Source: Mobula hypostoma (taxonomy: Eukaryota). From it: a stretch of DNA of 64,000 bases. Where the stretch lies: contig NC_086124.1 of assembly GCF_963921235.1 (NCBI RefSeq), positions 16,306,001-16,370,000 of the forward strand, in the 5' to 3' direction. Under the pieces are notes generated by a model. That model saw only the letters and a program-made list of their open reading frames with translations. It did no database searches and was not told the DNA's origin. The position numbers and the translations under genes are program-made. Shown piece after piece: positions 38,040 to 49,479 of the stretch; position 1 is the first letter of the stretch, and each line of letters starts with the position of its first letter.

Positions 38040-38739
38040 TTCTGCTGTCGACTTCAAATCCAAATAAGCTGAGTTGTTTCGGAGGGTGACTTAAATAGGA
38101 AGCGCTGGCGGTGGTATGCAAAAAAGGAATGGGCAATCTAAGCATGTTCATTGGCTGCTTGGAGAGACGAATCACCCATCGAATTTATTTCGACAAATCC
38201 TATATTTGGATATCAGCGGGAATAAATTAACATCGCCCTTTCCACCAATCAGAAGCCTCTCCCAGTCTGTAGACCGGGAACCTTGCCAACCCCGTGACAG
38301 TTCTCAATGCCGTTTATTGCGGCGGAAGGGATGACAGGGCACAGAGAGGGTTGCGGCTGACACTAAACAAAGGAAAATGTTAAATACAAATAAACTCACA
38401 TTCAAATGAAAAGTTCAAAGTAAATGTATTATCAAAGTACATATATGTCACCATCAACAAGCATGATTCATTTTTTGCGGGCATACTCAATACATGGACA
38501 ACATAATATTGACCATGAGAGAATAAATGAGAGACCGTATCAATTTGGGCATTCAACCAGTGTGCAAAAGACACAAATTATGCAAATAAAAAAGAAAGAA
38601 ATAATATTAATAATAAATAAGCAATATATATTGAGAATATGATTTGAAGGGTCCCTGAAAGTGAGATCAAGTTGTGGAAACGTCTCAATGCTGAAGTGAA
38701 TTTATCCCCTTCGGTTCAAGAGCCTGATCGCTGAGGGAA

Positions 38740-40500
38740 TTCTCATCCTGTCAAAATGAATACTAACATTGAATTTCCCTTTCTTACAACTGACTCAACC
38801 AGGAAGTTACCCTTTACGGAGTTCTGCACAAGTACTCCCAAGACCCTTTGTACCTTTGATTTGTTTTAATCTTCTCCCTCTTTAGAAAATAGTCAATGTT
38901 TTTTTTTTCCTTCTACCAAATACATTACCATACACTTTCATGCAGTATATTGCATCTGCAAATTCTTTGTCCATTCTCCAAATCTCTCTGTCCTTTTGCA
39001 GACTCCCAGCTTTATGAAACTTCCTGCCTCTTCGCCTACAGTTTTATCATCCATTAACCTGGCCACAAAGACATCAATTCCATCATTCAAATCATTTACA
39101 TGTAACATGAAAATGAGCGGTCTCAAGAATAAACCTTGCAGCCAACCAGAAAAGGCCTCCATGATTCCCCCTCTTTGCCTCCTACTCATCGAACAATCTT
39201 CTATCCATACTGGTACCTTTCCTATAATACCATGGGTTCTTACCTTCATAAGCAACTGCATATTCAGCATCTTGTACAAGCCTTTCAGAAAATCCAAATA
39301 AACAACACCTACTGAATCTCCTTTGTCTATTTTGCTTGTTATTTCCTCAAAGACTTGCAACAGGTTTGTCAGGCAAGATTTCTCCTTTTGAAAACCCTGC
39401 TGACTTTGGCCCAGTTTATCATGTGCCTTCAAGTACCCCGAAAATTCATGAATACCAATGGACTTCAACATCTACCCAACCACTGAGTCAGACTAACTGG
39501 TCTTAAATTTCCTCCCTTCTGCCTCCCTCCCTTCTTAAAAGTGGAATGATATTTTCAATGTTCTGGTTCTCTGGAACCATACCTGAATTAGATTATTAGA
39601 TTAGATTAGATTATGAGGACACTCAGTCCTCATTTATTGTCATTTTGAAATGCATGCATTAAAAGATGATATAATGTTCCTCCAGTATGATATCATAGAA
39701 ACACAAGACAGACCAAGATTAAAACTGACAAAAAACACATAATTATAACATATAGTTACAACAGTGCAAAGCAATACCATAACTTGATAAGAGCAGACCA
39801 TGGGTATGGTAAAAAAAAAGTCTCAAATTCCTGATAGCCCCAACATCTCATGCAGATGGTAGAAGGAAGAAACTCTCCCTGCCATGAGCTTCCAGCGCCG
39901 CAAACTTGCCGATACAGATTCCTGGAAACACCCGGCCACAGTCCAACGCTGAGTCTGTCTGAAAACTTCAAGCCTCCGACACCAAGCACCAAGCACCATC
40001 TCTGCCGAGTGCTTCAACCCCGGCCCTGGCCACCAAGCAACAGGCAAAGCTGAGGACTCGGGGCCTTCCCCTCCGGAGATTTCAGATCACACAGTAGCAG
40101 CGACAGCGAAGCAAGCATTTCAGAAGTTTCACCAGATGTTCTTCCGTACTCTCACATCTGCCTCCATCAAATCAAAATTGTGCATGGTCTTCTACTTGAC
40201 ATATTACAGATATTCATCACTGGAGAGGCCGCACCACCATCTTCTCCTCCTCCTGTAGTGATTCTTGAAAGATCATTATTAACGCCTCCACAATCTCTTC
40301 AGCTAACTCTTTCAGAACCCATTTGGTCCAGTTGATTTATTTACCTTAAGACATTCCAGTTGCCCAAGCACCTTCTCCTTCCAGTATGTCCCCTTACACC
40401 CTCCAGCTTCCATCATACAGCTAATTTCTTTTACAGTGAAGATTGATGCAAAACAGTTTTTTTTAGTTCATCTGTAATTCCCTTGTCCCCCATTACTACC
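38740..40500 (-). mobile_element. Degenerate CR1 LINE with nested non-autonomous element
   Basis: ORF 38938-39471 has SQQGFQKEKSCLTNLL, GDSVGVVYLDF and HGIIGKV..WIED. Confidence 0.8.
39587..40255 (-). mobile_element. Non-autonomous retroposon-like element with (AATCT)n tail
   Basis: Minus strand starts GGAGGAGAAGATGG and ends AATAAA..GAGGACTGAGTGTCCTC-ATAATCTAATCT. Termini shared with 53300-53950; absent at the paralogous site ~47948. Confidence 0.6.
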
Positions 40501-42156
40501 TGATATTGATAAGCTCAGCATGGGTGCATAAAGCAGAACCAATGCAATCATTGATGTGGCACAAGATGAAATGGGCAGCATTACCCATGAAAGCTTGGAA
40601 CATGGACTGTTCCACATTCCTGTCACCAATAGCTCTCTAGCCATCCTTGTTCTCTGCACCACCCCCAATCACCCCCAACCTATCTATTATGGCAATTTCC
40701 CTCTCTCATTTCAGCCCTAAAGAGGGTCTCAGTCTGAAATGCTGACAGTTTATTGATGTCCATAAATGTTGCCTCACCTGGCAAGTTCCTCCAGCATTCT
40801 TATTCAAGTCTTGTTCTGGATTTCCAGCATTTGCAGGTTCTCTCATGTTCAGCAAATTCAGAATTCCGAGTTGCAAAAAGTCTGGGAACCGTCATGCAGG
40901 ATTCTGTAAAATTTAACTTGCAGCTCGGATTGGTGGTAAGCAAGGCAAACGCAATGTTCGCATTCATTTTCAGAGGCATAGAGTATAAAAGCAAGGATAT
41001 ACTGAGATTCCGCATGGTGGAAATTGAGATTAACTCACAAAATGCTGGAAGATCTCAGCTGGATAGACAACATTTCTGGAAAGGAATAAACAGTCAATAT
41101 TTCAGGCTGAGACTTTCTGCACAAAAAGTTACATCAGGAATGTCATGCTGAGGCTCTATGAGGCACTGGTCAGACAGCATTTGGGGTATTGTGAGCAGTA
41201 ATGAGTCCCTTATGTAAGAAAGGATGGAATGCTGAACACAGAACAGCTCATCATAGGAACAGGCCCTATTGCCCACAATATTTTGTCGAACTAATCAAAT
41301 TAGTAACCCAATGACCAAAGAAATGTCTGCCTATATATTACCCGTATCCTTCCTTACATTCACGTACCTATCAAAACTCTCTGAAAATCCCCAATATATC
41401 TGTGTCAACCATCACCATAGTATCCACCACATTCTGTATATAAAAAAAAACCTCACATCTCCTTTGAAATTACCCCCTTACATGTTTGTCTCTGGTATTA
41501 GGGAATTCAACCCTGAGAAGATATGATTTGTCGACTGTACATATGTTCCTCACAATCTTTTACATTTCTGATCTCCCCTCAGTCACTGCCACTCCAAAGA
41601 AAACAACCTAATTTTGCCCAACTTCTCATTGTAGCACAAGCCTTCTAATCCAGTCAACATTCAGAATCAGTTTTAATATCATTGGTATATGTCAGGAAAT
41701 TTGCCATAATCCTCTTTTCTCACCCTCTCCAAAGCCTCAACATATTTCTTATAATGGAGCAAACAGAACTGTATGCAGTACTCCAGATGAGGCAGAACCA
41801 GGGTTCTATAAAGTTCCAGTATAATAGTTAATAGATCATATTCACAGCTATTAAATCACTTAAACAGCAGCAAACATCGTTACCTCTATCTGCTCTATGG
41901 ATAAACTTTTGTGTGAGAAAATTGTGATAAACTGATTGATGTGAGAGGACAAAATGTCCGTGTTGGGGCAATGGGCAGGAACAGCAACAATGGCATTGTA
42001 CGAAGCAGTGGAAAGATTCATCAACAGAAACATTTACCTCCAAGAGTAAAACAAGCTTGTAGCGATCCAATATCAAATTATGAGTACAACTCTTCCCCGG
42101 AAACTAAGTGGCTCTTAAAAGTGCCATTGGGTTTGTCTTATCAGCATTCAGCCGCT

Positions 42157-42528
42157 TCATTTGGAACTGGTTTACTTGGTCACTGCTTTTGTCCCTTCCA
42201 ACATGATGCACTTGGCCAGTTCCCAGGATAGCAGCAGGCGAATGGTGGTCTGGATCTCCAGGGAGCTGAAGGTCGGCTACTTATTCTAATGGGTTAGACG
42301 GGAAGCCTCACCCACGACGAGCTCATAAATGTTGTTCACAAATGAGCTCATGATGCTCATGGGGTTGGAGGAGATGCTGGTATCAGGGTGAACCTGCTTC
42401 ATCACCTTGTACACATAGATGGAGTAAGTCTCCTTCCTCATCCTTTTGCACTTCTTGCCTCCCTTGCTTTGCGCTTCGAACACAGTTTTCTTTGTGCCCT
42501 TCTTGGCAGCTTTGGAGGGTTCACATAT
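42157..42528 (-). pseudogene. H2B: Histone H2B pseudogene (second lineage)
   Basis: Start lost (ATA); [20 protein letters not shown]...EASRLTH followed by TAG at 42286-42288. Stem-loop variant at 42110-42125. Confidence 0.92.
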
Positions 42529-42709
42529 TTCTTAGATCAGTTTCAGACAGAGGTAGCATGATCCCAACCCTGTGCTAATGAGAAATCAGCAGAATTACGA
42601 TCCCATTATTAGATTTGTACGAATGAAAGCTAACATTTCAATCTAACCCTTTGATTGGACAATGTGAATGGATCTACCACAGCCCAGGATGACTTCATTG
42701 GTCAACATG

Positions 42710-43630
42710 AGGAGACATAAAGTTGGTTATCTAATATTGGCAACATTAGTAGAGTGTTGGGAGCACTTCATTCATAAGGTCTTCAGCTCTGGGTGGATGG
42801 GAAATGTATGGGTACAAAATATTGGCTTGTTTCATGTGAAATATGATCCCTGTGTATCCCTTTCGGTCACTCCATGAATTTTCCCTTTGCATGTGTTGAT
42901 TTAAGCCTTCAAGAAAATATCATGATGAAGAATGATTCTATATCAGTAGCACAGACAGTTCAGTGATAAATGCAAAGCAGACATAATAGATTCTTATACT
43001 CTACACAGATGGTTTGAAAGATCCAGTGTCAGGTCGTTCAGCTGTTTCAGTTTTGTTCCAAAGTTTGAGGTGACTATTAAGAAAAGATTATCAGATAACG
43101 TATCAGAATACACATCAAATGTATTTGCTATCATTTCAGCCTTGGAATGGGCTAAAGAAGTAGGCCCTAATTCTGAATATCCGTGCTTTGATTGTTTTTC
43201 GGTTTTGTTTATTATGTGAAGTGTTGTATGTCATTGGCGATCATAGTCTTTCCATGATCATGACTGGTCGTAGCAAACTTTTCTACCGAAGTAGCTTCTG
43301 TTGCCTTCTTCTGGCCAATGCCTTTACAACTTGCGGGTTTGCCATCTATTAAAACAGGTACATTGAACTACAGCCCAACAATTCTTCTTTTGATTGGACA
43401 ACAGTCATTGAGGTTACAGGATCTAGGCTTGTGTATGCAAGTGGCAGATGTTCCAGCCAACCAATCATTTAAAGTTAAGGATATCAAAGTAGTATTGCCT
43501 TTGGAAATATGAGAGATGAAGGCTATAATTGAAAGGTCAATTTGATCAAAGTGGCAACAAAGTTTGCATAAGAAAAGGATGGCATTTATATCAAATTTAG
43601 CTGGGGAAAACTCATCTGGGAGATGTGTAT
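42710..43630 (+). mobile_element. Old I-group LINE remnant (RNase H region)
   Basis: LYTDG.KD and IISALEWAKEV; paralog of 9290-10635, truncated by a deletion that joins it to the H2A remnant. Confidence 0.62.
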
Positions 43631-43649
43631 AAAAGGAGGACACGCTTTG

Positions 43650-43807
43650 CCAGCCTGTCAGGTACTCGAGCACAGCAGCCAGATGGACAGAGGCTCCAGC
43701 ACCCACCCACTCAGCAGAACTGCCCATTCTCGTGAGCCTGTTAACATGGCCCAATGGGAACCGGGCCGGAGACGAGCTTTCTTGCCGGTTACACTTTGTC
43801 CACTCAT
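43650..43807 (-). pseudogene. H2A: Histone H2A pseudogene, N-terminal part only
   Basis: [32 protein letters not shown]; the 3' half and stem-loop are deleted. Confidence 0.82.
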
Positions 43808-44346
43808 TTCAACACCCAGCGAGTGAGGTCCTCGGCCTTTTTGTATATGCTACTGGATGCAGGAGCGGTGGAACAAAGCTTTCGCTCAATGGAGAGCAAA
43901 TTAACCAATGAGAGAGCCGACCTATTTATCATTCAAAATCAAAAGCGCGGAAATAACTGCTTACCCTCCGAAAATAAACTGAAACTTGAACAGCCCGCCA
44001 AAAATCCTTCGATCAAACCTATTTTAAAATAAAATGATTGCTGATTTGCTTGTCGGCAAATTCTCCGCATTAATCCATAACTGAAGCCCATCACATCTGA
44101 TGTTTGAGTGTAGCTAAAATTGCAAGTGTCTGGGGATTTCATTCAGAACAAAATTCAATTCTCAGTTGCTATCCCCGGTCAGTCATTGTGCGAACTGTAT
44201 CGTTATGAATGAGTTGCTCTTCTCAAACTACGGCTGGAGTTTAGCTTGCGATTTTGACAAATTACTGGCGAAAGCACCGTTTGGCATTGAAATTGAATTC
44301 ACAGAATATAACGAAAAAATACAGCTCTGTTAATGAAATAGTGAGT

Positions 44347-44362
44347 GGCTCTTAAAAGAACC
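44347..44362 (-). terminator. Histone 3' stem-loop
   Basis: GGTTCTTTTAAGAGCC (one U-G pair). Confidence 0.9.
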
Positions 44363-44394
44363 TTTGGGTCTTTGGTTTGTTTTGGTGACACTCC

Positions 44395-44766
44395 TCACTT
44401 GGAGCTGGTGTACTTGGTCACTGCCTTTGTCCCTTCCGACACGGCGTGCTTGGCCAGCTCCCCGGGCAGCAGTAGGCGCACTGCGGTCTGGATCTCCCGA
44501 GAACTGATGGTCGACCGCTTGTTGTAATGGGCTAAGCGGGAAGCCTCGCCAGCGATGCGCTCGAAAATATCGTTCACGAACGAGTTCATGATGCCCATGG
44601 CCTTGGAGGAGATGCCGGTGTCGGGATGAACCTGCTTCATCACTTTGTAGATATAGATGGAGTAACTCTCCTTCCTCAGCCTCCTGCGCTTCTTGCCAGA
44701 CTTGCCTGATGGTTTTGGCAGCGCTTTCTTAGCGCCCTTCTTGGGAGCGGGCTTCTGATCGGGCAT
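44395..44766 (-). CDS. H2B: Histone H2B, 123 aa
   Basis: Intact [14 protein letters not shown]...SSKAMGIMN...TKYTSSK. Confidence 0.97.
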   Translation of the reverse strand: MPDQKPAPKKGAKKALPKPSGKSGKKRRRLRKESYSIYIYKVMKQVHPDTGISSKAMGIMNSFVNDIFERIAGEASRLAHYNKRSTISSREIQTAVRLLLPGELAKHAVSEGTKAVTKYTSSK

Positions 44767-45544
44767 TTCTTCAGTCGAGTTCAGACTCAAATTAGCAGAG
44801 TAAACTTCGGAGTGCCCATGAAATAGGAAAGGCTGACGTCAGTATGCTAATCAAGGAATGGAGAATCTGAGGATGTTCATTGGCTACTTTGAGAGATGAC
44901 TCACCATCGAAATTATAACGACAAATCCTAGTTTGGATATCAGAGTCTCCACCAATCAGAAGCCTCTCCCAGTCTGCGGGCCGGGAACCTTGCCAACCCG
45001 TGCGGTTTATTGCCACAGAGAGATTAAGAGGGCAGAGGGTTGTTGCTGACATTAAACAAAGGAAAACGTAAAATTCAAACGCAGATAAAATAAACTCAGA
45101 TTCAGTTGAAAAGCTCAAAGTAAATTTATTATCAAATTACACATATGTCACCAAACATGATTCATTTTCTTGCGGGCATACTTAGTACATGGAAAACAAA
45201 ATACTATCCATAATAGAATAAATTGGAGACTATATCAATTTGGCATTCAACCAGTGTGCAAAAGACACAAATAGTGCAATTAAAAAAGAAAGAAAGAATA
45301 TTAATAATAAATAAAGAATATATACTGAGAATGCCAGTTGAAGGGTTCCTAAAAGTGAAATCAAGTTGTGCAAACTTTTCAATGATGAAGAACATTTATC
45401 CACTTTGGTTCAAGATCCTGAATGTTGAGGGATAATAACCATTCCTGAAACTGATGGTGTGACTCCTGAGGCTCTTTTACCTTTGTCCTGATAGCAGACT
45501 GGAATAGAGCATGTCCTGGGTGCTGTTGCACTAATAAAAAATTA

Positions 45545-45735
45545 GTTAGGCTGTCACTGGAGTGGAGTCTAGGCCCCTTCTGGAGTCGTATAAAACTCTA
45601 GTTAGGCCTCCTCTGGATTAGAGTCTAAAGTCTAGTTAGGCCTCCTCTGGATTAGAGTCTAAACTCTAGTTAGGCCTCCTCTGGATTAGAGTCTAAAGTC
45701 TAGTTAGGACTCCTGTGGAGTTGAGCTAAAATTCT
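45545..45735 (+). repeat. 34-bp minisatellite with three near-perfect units
   Basis: TCTAGTTAGGCCTCCTCTGGATTAGAGTCTAAA(G/C) starting at 45597, 45631 and 45665. Confidence 0.9.
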
Positions 45736-46139
45736 AGATTTTTTTTTAAATTCTCTGGCTCCAATTCAGCCTTCTCAAAGTTTAAAGTTCAAAGTGCATT
45801 TTATTATCAAAATATGTAAAAAAATATTGATTCTTGGGATTCATCTGGTTACATGCAGCCTCAAAATCCAATTTATAAAAAGATCAACACCCAATCGACA
45901 AAGATAAAAAAAATAACAAATCAATTCATGCAAATAATAAAGCAAGTGTCAGTATTCAGAATGAAATTGAGTCCATAAACCTGAAGCCAAAATGGATTAG
46001 AGAATAAAAGTCCAGTTCAGCCTTCTCTTGATTAGAGTCAAAGAGACAGTTAGTCCTCCTCTGGAATACTACATTCAAGTCTGGTTGGGGCATTACAGGA
46101 AAGAAGTGAAGACTTTGGAGATGATTTAGAATGGATTTA

Positions 46140-48200
46140 GGCCATAAGAACAGAAATAGGTCATTCAGTGCATTGATTTTGCTCTGTCATTCCATCATAT
46201 TTGAGTTATTATCCCGGTCAATCACATTCTTCTGCCTTCTCCCTGTAACCTTTGAATCCCTGACTAATCATGCACCTATCATATTCCATTTTAAATATGC
46301 TCAGTGACTTGACCTCCACAACTGTCTGTGATAATGAATTCCACTGAATAAGTATTAACTGGCATAAGAAAGTCCTCCTCACCTCTGTTCTCAATAGCAA
46401 TCTCTCTATTCTGTGGTCATGCCATTTGGTCCTAGACTCACCCACTACATGAAACATCCTCACCACATCTACTGTACTTGTGCCTTTTAATATTTGATAG
46501 GCTTCAATTAGATCACCCCTCGGTCTTCTGAACTTCAATGAGTTGAGATCCAGAGCCGTCAAATGCACAAAATACATTCATGCTTTCACTCCTGGAATCA
46601 TTCTTGTGAACCACTTCAGGACCCTCTTGAATGCCAGCACAACTTTTTTTCAGATACTAGGCTAAAAACTGCTCACAATACTGCAAGTGCAGGCCTTATA
46701 AAAAAAAAAGCCTCCGCTTTACATCCTTGCTTTTATGTTTTTGTCCTGTCAAAATGAATACTAACATTTAATTTCCCTTCCTTACCTCTGACTCAACCGA
46801 CAAGATGTGCTTCATGGAATCCTGCACAAGTACTCCCAAGTCCCTTTGAATCTTCTCCCTCTTTAGAAAATAGTCTATGCTTTCTTTCTTCTATCAAAGT
46901 ACATGACCAAACACTTCAATACATTATCTAAAATGTCTTTGTCCATTCTCCAAGTCTGTCAAGGTCCTTTTGCAGACTTGCACCTTCTTCAAAACTTCCT
47001 GCCTCTCTATCTATATTTGTATCATCCATTAATAGGACCAAAAGGAGCTGCAGAGGGTTATAAATCTAGTTAGCTCCATCTTGGGTACTGGCCTACAAAG
47101 TACGCAGGACATTTTCAGAGTCTCAAAAGATAGCATCCATTATTAAGGACCTCCAGCACCCAGGGCATGCCCTGTTCTCAGTGTTACAATCAGGTAGGAG
47201 GTACATAAGCCTGAAAGCACATGCTCAGCGATTCAGGAAACACTCCTGAAGTGGCTCTTCTGCCATTCAATTCCTAAATGGACATTGAATCTTTGGACAC
47301 TAACTCACTTTTTAAAATTTAAAGTACTCCTCTTTTTTTGCACTTAAAAAAGATCTATTCAATGCATGTACACTGTAATTGATTAGTCTGATTTTGAATC
47401 TGAACCTGGCCACAATGCGGTCAATTCCATCATACGAATCATTTACATATAACATGAAAATGAGTGGTCTCAACACGAAACCTTGCAATAAACCACTAGT
47501 CACTGGCAGCTAACCAGAGAAGAGCTCTGTTATTCACATTTTTTGCTTCCTGTTCTTTGGCCAGTCTTCTATCCATACTGGTACCTTTACGATAATACCG
47601 CGGGTTCTTACATTCTTAACCAACCGCATGTTCAGGAACTTGCATAAACCTTTCCGAAAATCCAAATAAACAACATCTACTGACTCTCCTTTGTCTATTT
47701 TGCCTGTTATTTCCTCAAAGAATTGTAACAGCTTTGTCAGGCAAGATTTCTTCTTTTGAAAACCCTGTTAACTTTGGCCTATTTTATCATGTGCCTTCAA
47801 ATACCCCCAAAATTCATCAGTAACTATGGTCTCCAACAACTACCCAACCACTGAAGTCAGACTATAATTTCCTTCCTTCTTCCTCCCTCCCATCTTAAAA
47901 GTGGAATGACGTTTTCAAATTACCAGTTCTTTGGAACTGTTCCTGAATCTAGTGATCCTTGAAAGATCATTATTATTGCCTCCACAATCTCTTCAGCTAA
48001 CACTTTCAGATCCCATTTGGTCTAGCTGACTTATCTACCTTCAGACATTCCAAACACCTTCTCGCTCCAGTAGCAAGTGCATTCACTTATGTCCCCTGAT
48101 ACTCTCCAACGTCCATCATACTGCTAATTTCTTCTACAGTGGAGACTGATGCAAATTAATTATTTAGTTGATCTGTAATTCCCTTGTCCCCTGTTACTAC
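46140..48200 (-). mobile_element. Degenerate CR1 LINE with nested Rex1-like fragment
   Basis: FRRPRGDLIEAYQILKG and TSGLLQG.VLRPLIF; paralog of 33530-34970. Confidence 0.78.
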
Positions 48201-48486
48201 CTGATTTTGATCAGCTCAGCATGGGTGCACGAAGCTATTGGCCAGAAGAAAATGCAGTCTAATCAAGGACAAGGGAAGCAGACAATCCACTTGTCTTCGT
48301 TTGACCCTTTTTGTGGACTCTGAACTGATTCTTGCTGTTGGATAATCTAATCAGAGCAACTGAATGTGGACACAGGAAGCTTCCAGTAATGATCTGCTAA
48401 ACCCGAGAGCATTCTCAAACAAGTAGCCACTTGTTATGTAAAGGGCGTGGACTCTGATCTGATTTTTTTTTAACTCTGGAACAATG

Positions 48487-48768
48487 TTTTTTTTTACAAA
48501 ATATACTTTATTCAAAAATAAAATTATGTACAATAAAACATGCAATGACTGTCAATCCTTTACAGACGTTTCCATTATGGTCTATACATTTCCACACTTT
48601 TAGCCACACACATGGCACTCTGTTGTTTCACCTTTCCACACCATTGTTGAGGGGTATACTCCCTGCCACCTGACCCCTCCCACACCCGTGGGAGAAGAAC
48701 CCTAAACCGTGGTCCTTCCCCACTGGGCACTTGCGGTGGGTGCACCAAGTTTCAGCGCGTCCCTCAGA
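48487..48768 (-). mobile_element. Tx1-like LINE 3' end
   Basis: Minus strand LRDALKLGAPTASAQWGRTTV*, then a 3' UTR with AATAAA and an A tail. Confidence 0.65.
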
Positions 48769-48852
48769 GCAACAAACCTGAGACCATTCTCAGAGGAGTA
48801 GCTACTTGTCATGTAAAATGCCAGAACTACAATCTGCAGTCTCATTAAACTC

Positions 48853-49373
48853 TGTCAGGGTTGCCTCAGTTTACTGGTTTGGACCAGTCAGAGTGTAAAG
48901 GCAGAAATACACAGGGCTGGGGTGGGCATAGCCATGAGGCAATGTTGGTTGTAGCCCTGTACAATGATCAGTAAGAAGGTGACCCAGGTAGGTCAGGTGA
49001 CCTTGAGCCAGTGGGATGGAGATGTAATGGTTCAATTGATGAGGAACAGTATATGACCCTGCAGTTCTAAATACGCAGGTGTGATAACTCTCCAGCAGCC
49101 AGAGACCAACCATTGCGGATAAGGAGGACCCCACGGACACATGGAGATTGGGACCATGAGGAATCCCTGTCCAGTGTAGTCTCCTTGTCCGTGTAATACC
49201 TTCTCTCTTCATTGACTGTTCATGGAGTGTCAGATGTTCTAGTATGGAGCACACAGGTATGATTGGAGTGTGCACCAGCATGCTTTTTAGTTGAAATAAT
49301 AAAGTTACTTGTTGGCAAATATAGATTTTCTGCGCCTTACTGATCTTTATTACAGGGGGCAATTCTTGTAACA
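48853..49373 (+). repeat. Putative retroviral 5' LTR
   Basis: Begins TGT and ends TAACA with imperfect inverted ends; AATAAA at 49298-49303; a PBS follows 4 nt later. The 5' boundary is inferred because no second LTR is present. Confidence 0.6.
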
Positions 49374-49377
49374 GAAT

Positions 49378-49395
49378 TGGCTTCCCTGGGTGGGC
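49378..49395 (+). promoter_or_regulatory. Primer binding site complementary to tRNA-Asn
   Basis: TGGCTTCCCTGGGTGGGC(TCG) versus TGGCGTCCCTGGGTGGGC expected from the vertebrate tRNA-Asn(GTT) 3' end; one mismatch. Confidence 0.8.
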
Positions 49396-49479
49396 TCGTG
49401 GATAAATCTCTTTGTTCAGCAGGAGACTCGAGTTGGGCCACGTGTGTGAGGTACAGAGATCTGGGGCTGGGTATTTAGT

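Noticed and set aside
45545-45735. 34-bp repeats resembling a CRISPR array
   Set aside because: Units are directly adjacent with no unique spacers, there are no cas genes, the context is eukaryotic, and the unit appears CR1-derived.
48871-49362. 163-aa minus-strand ORF next to the ERV, as a possible accessory or env gene
   Set aside because: It coincides with the putative LTR, starts at a non-ATG codon and has no recognisable motif.
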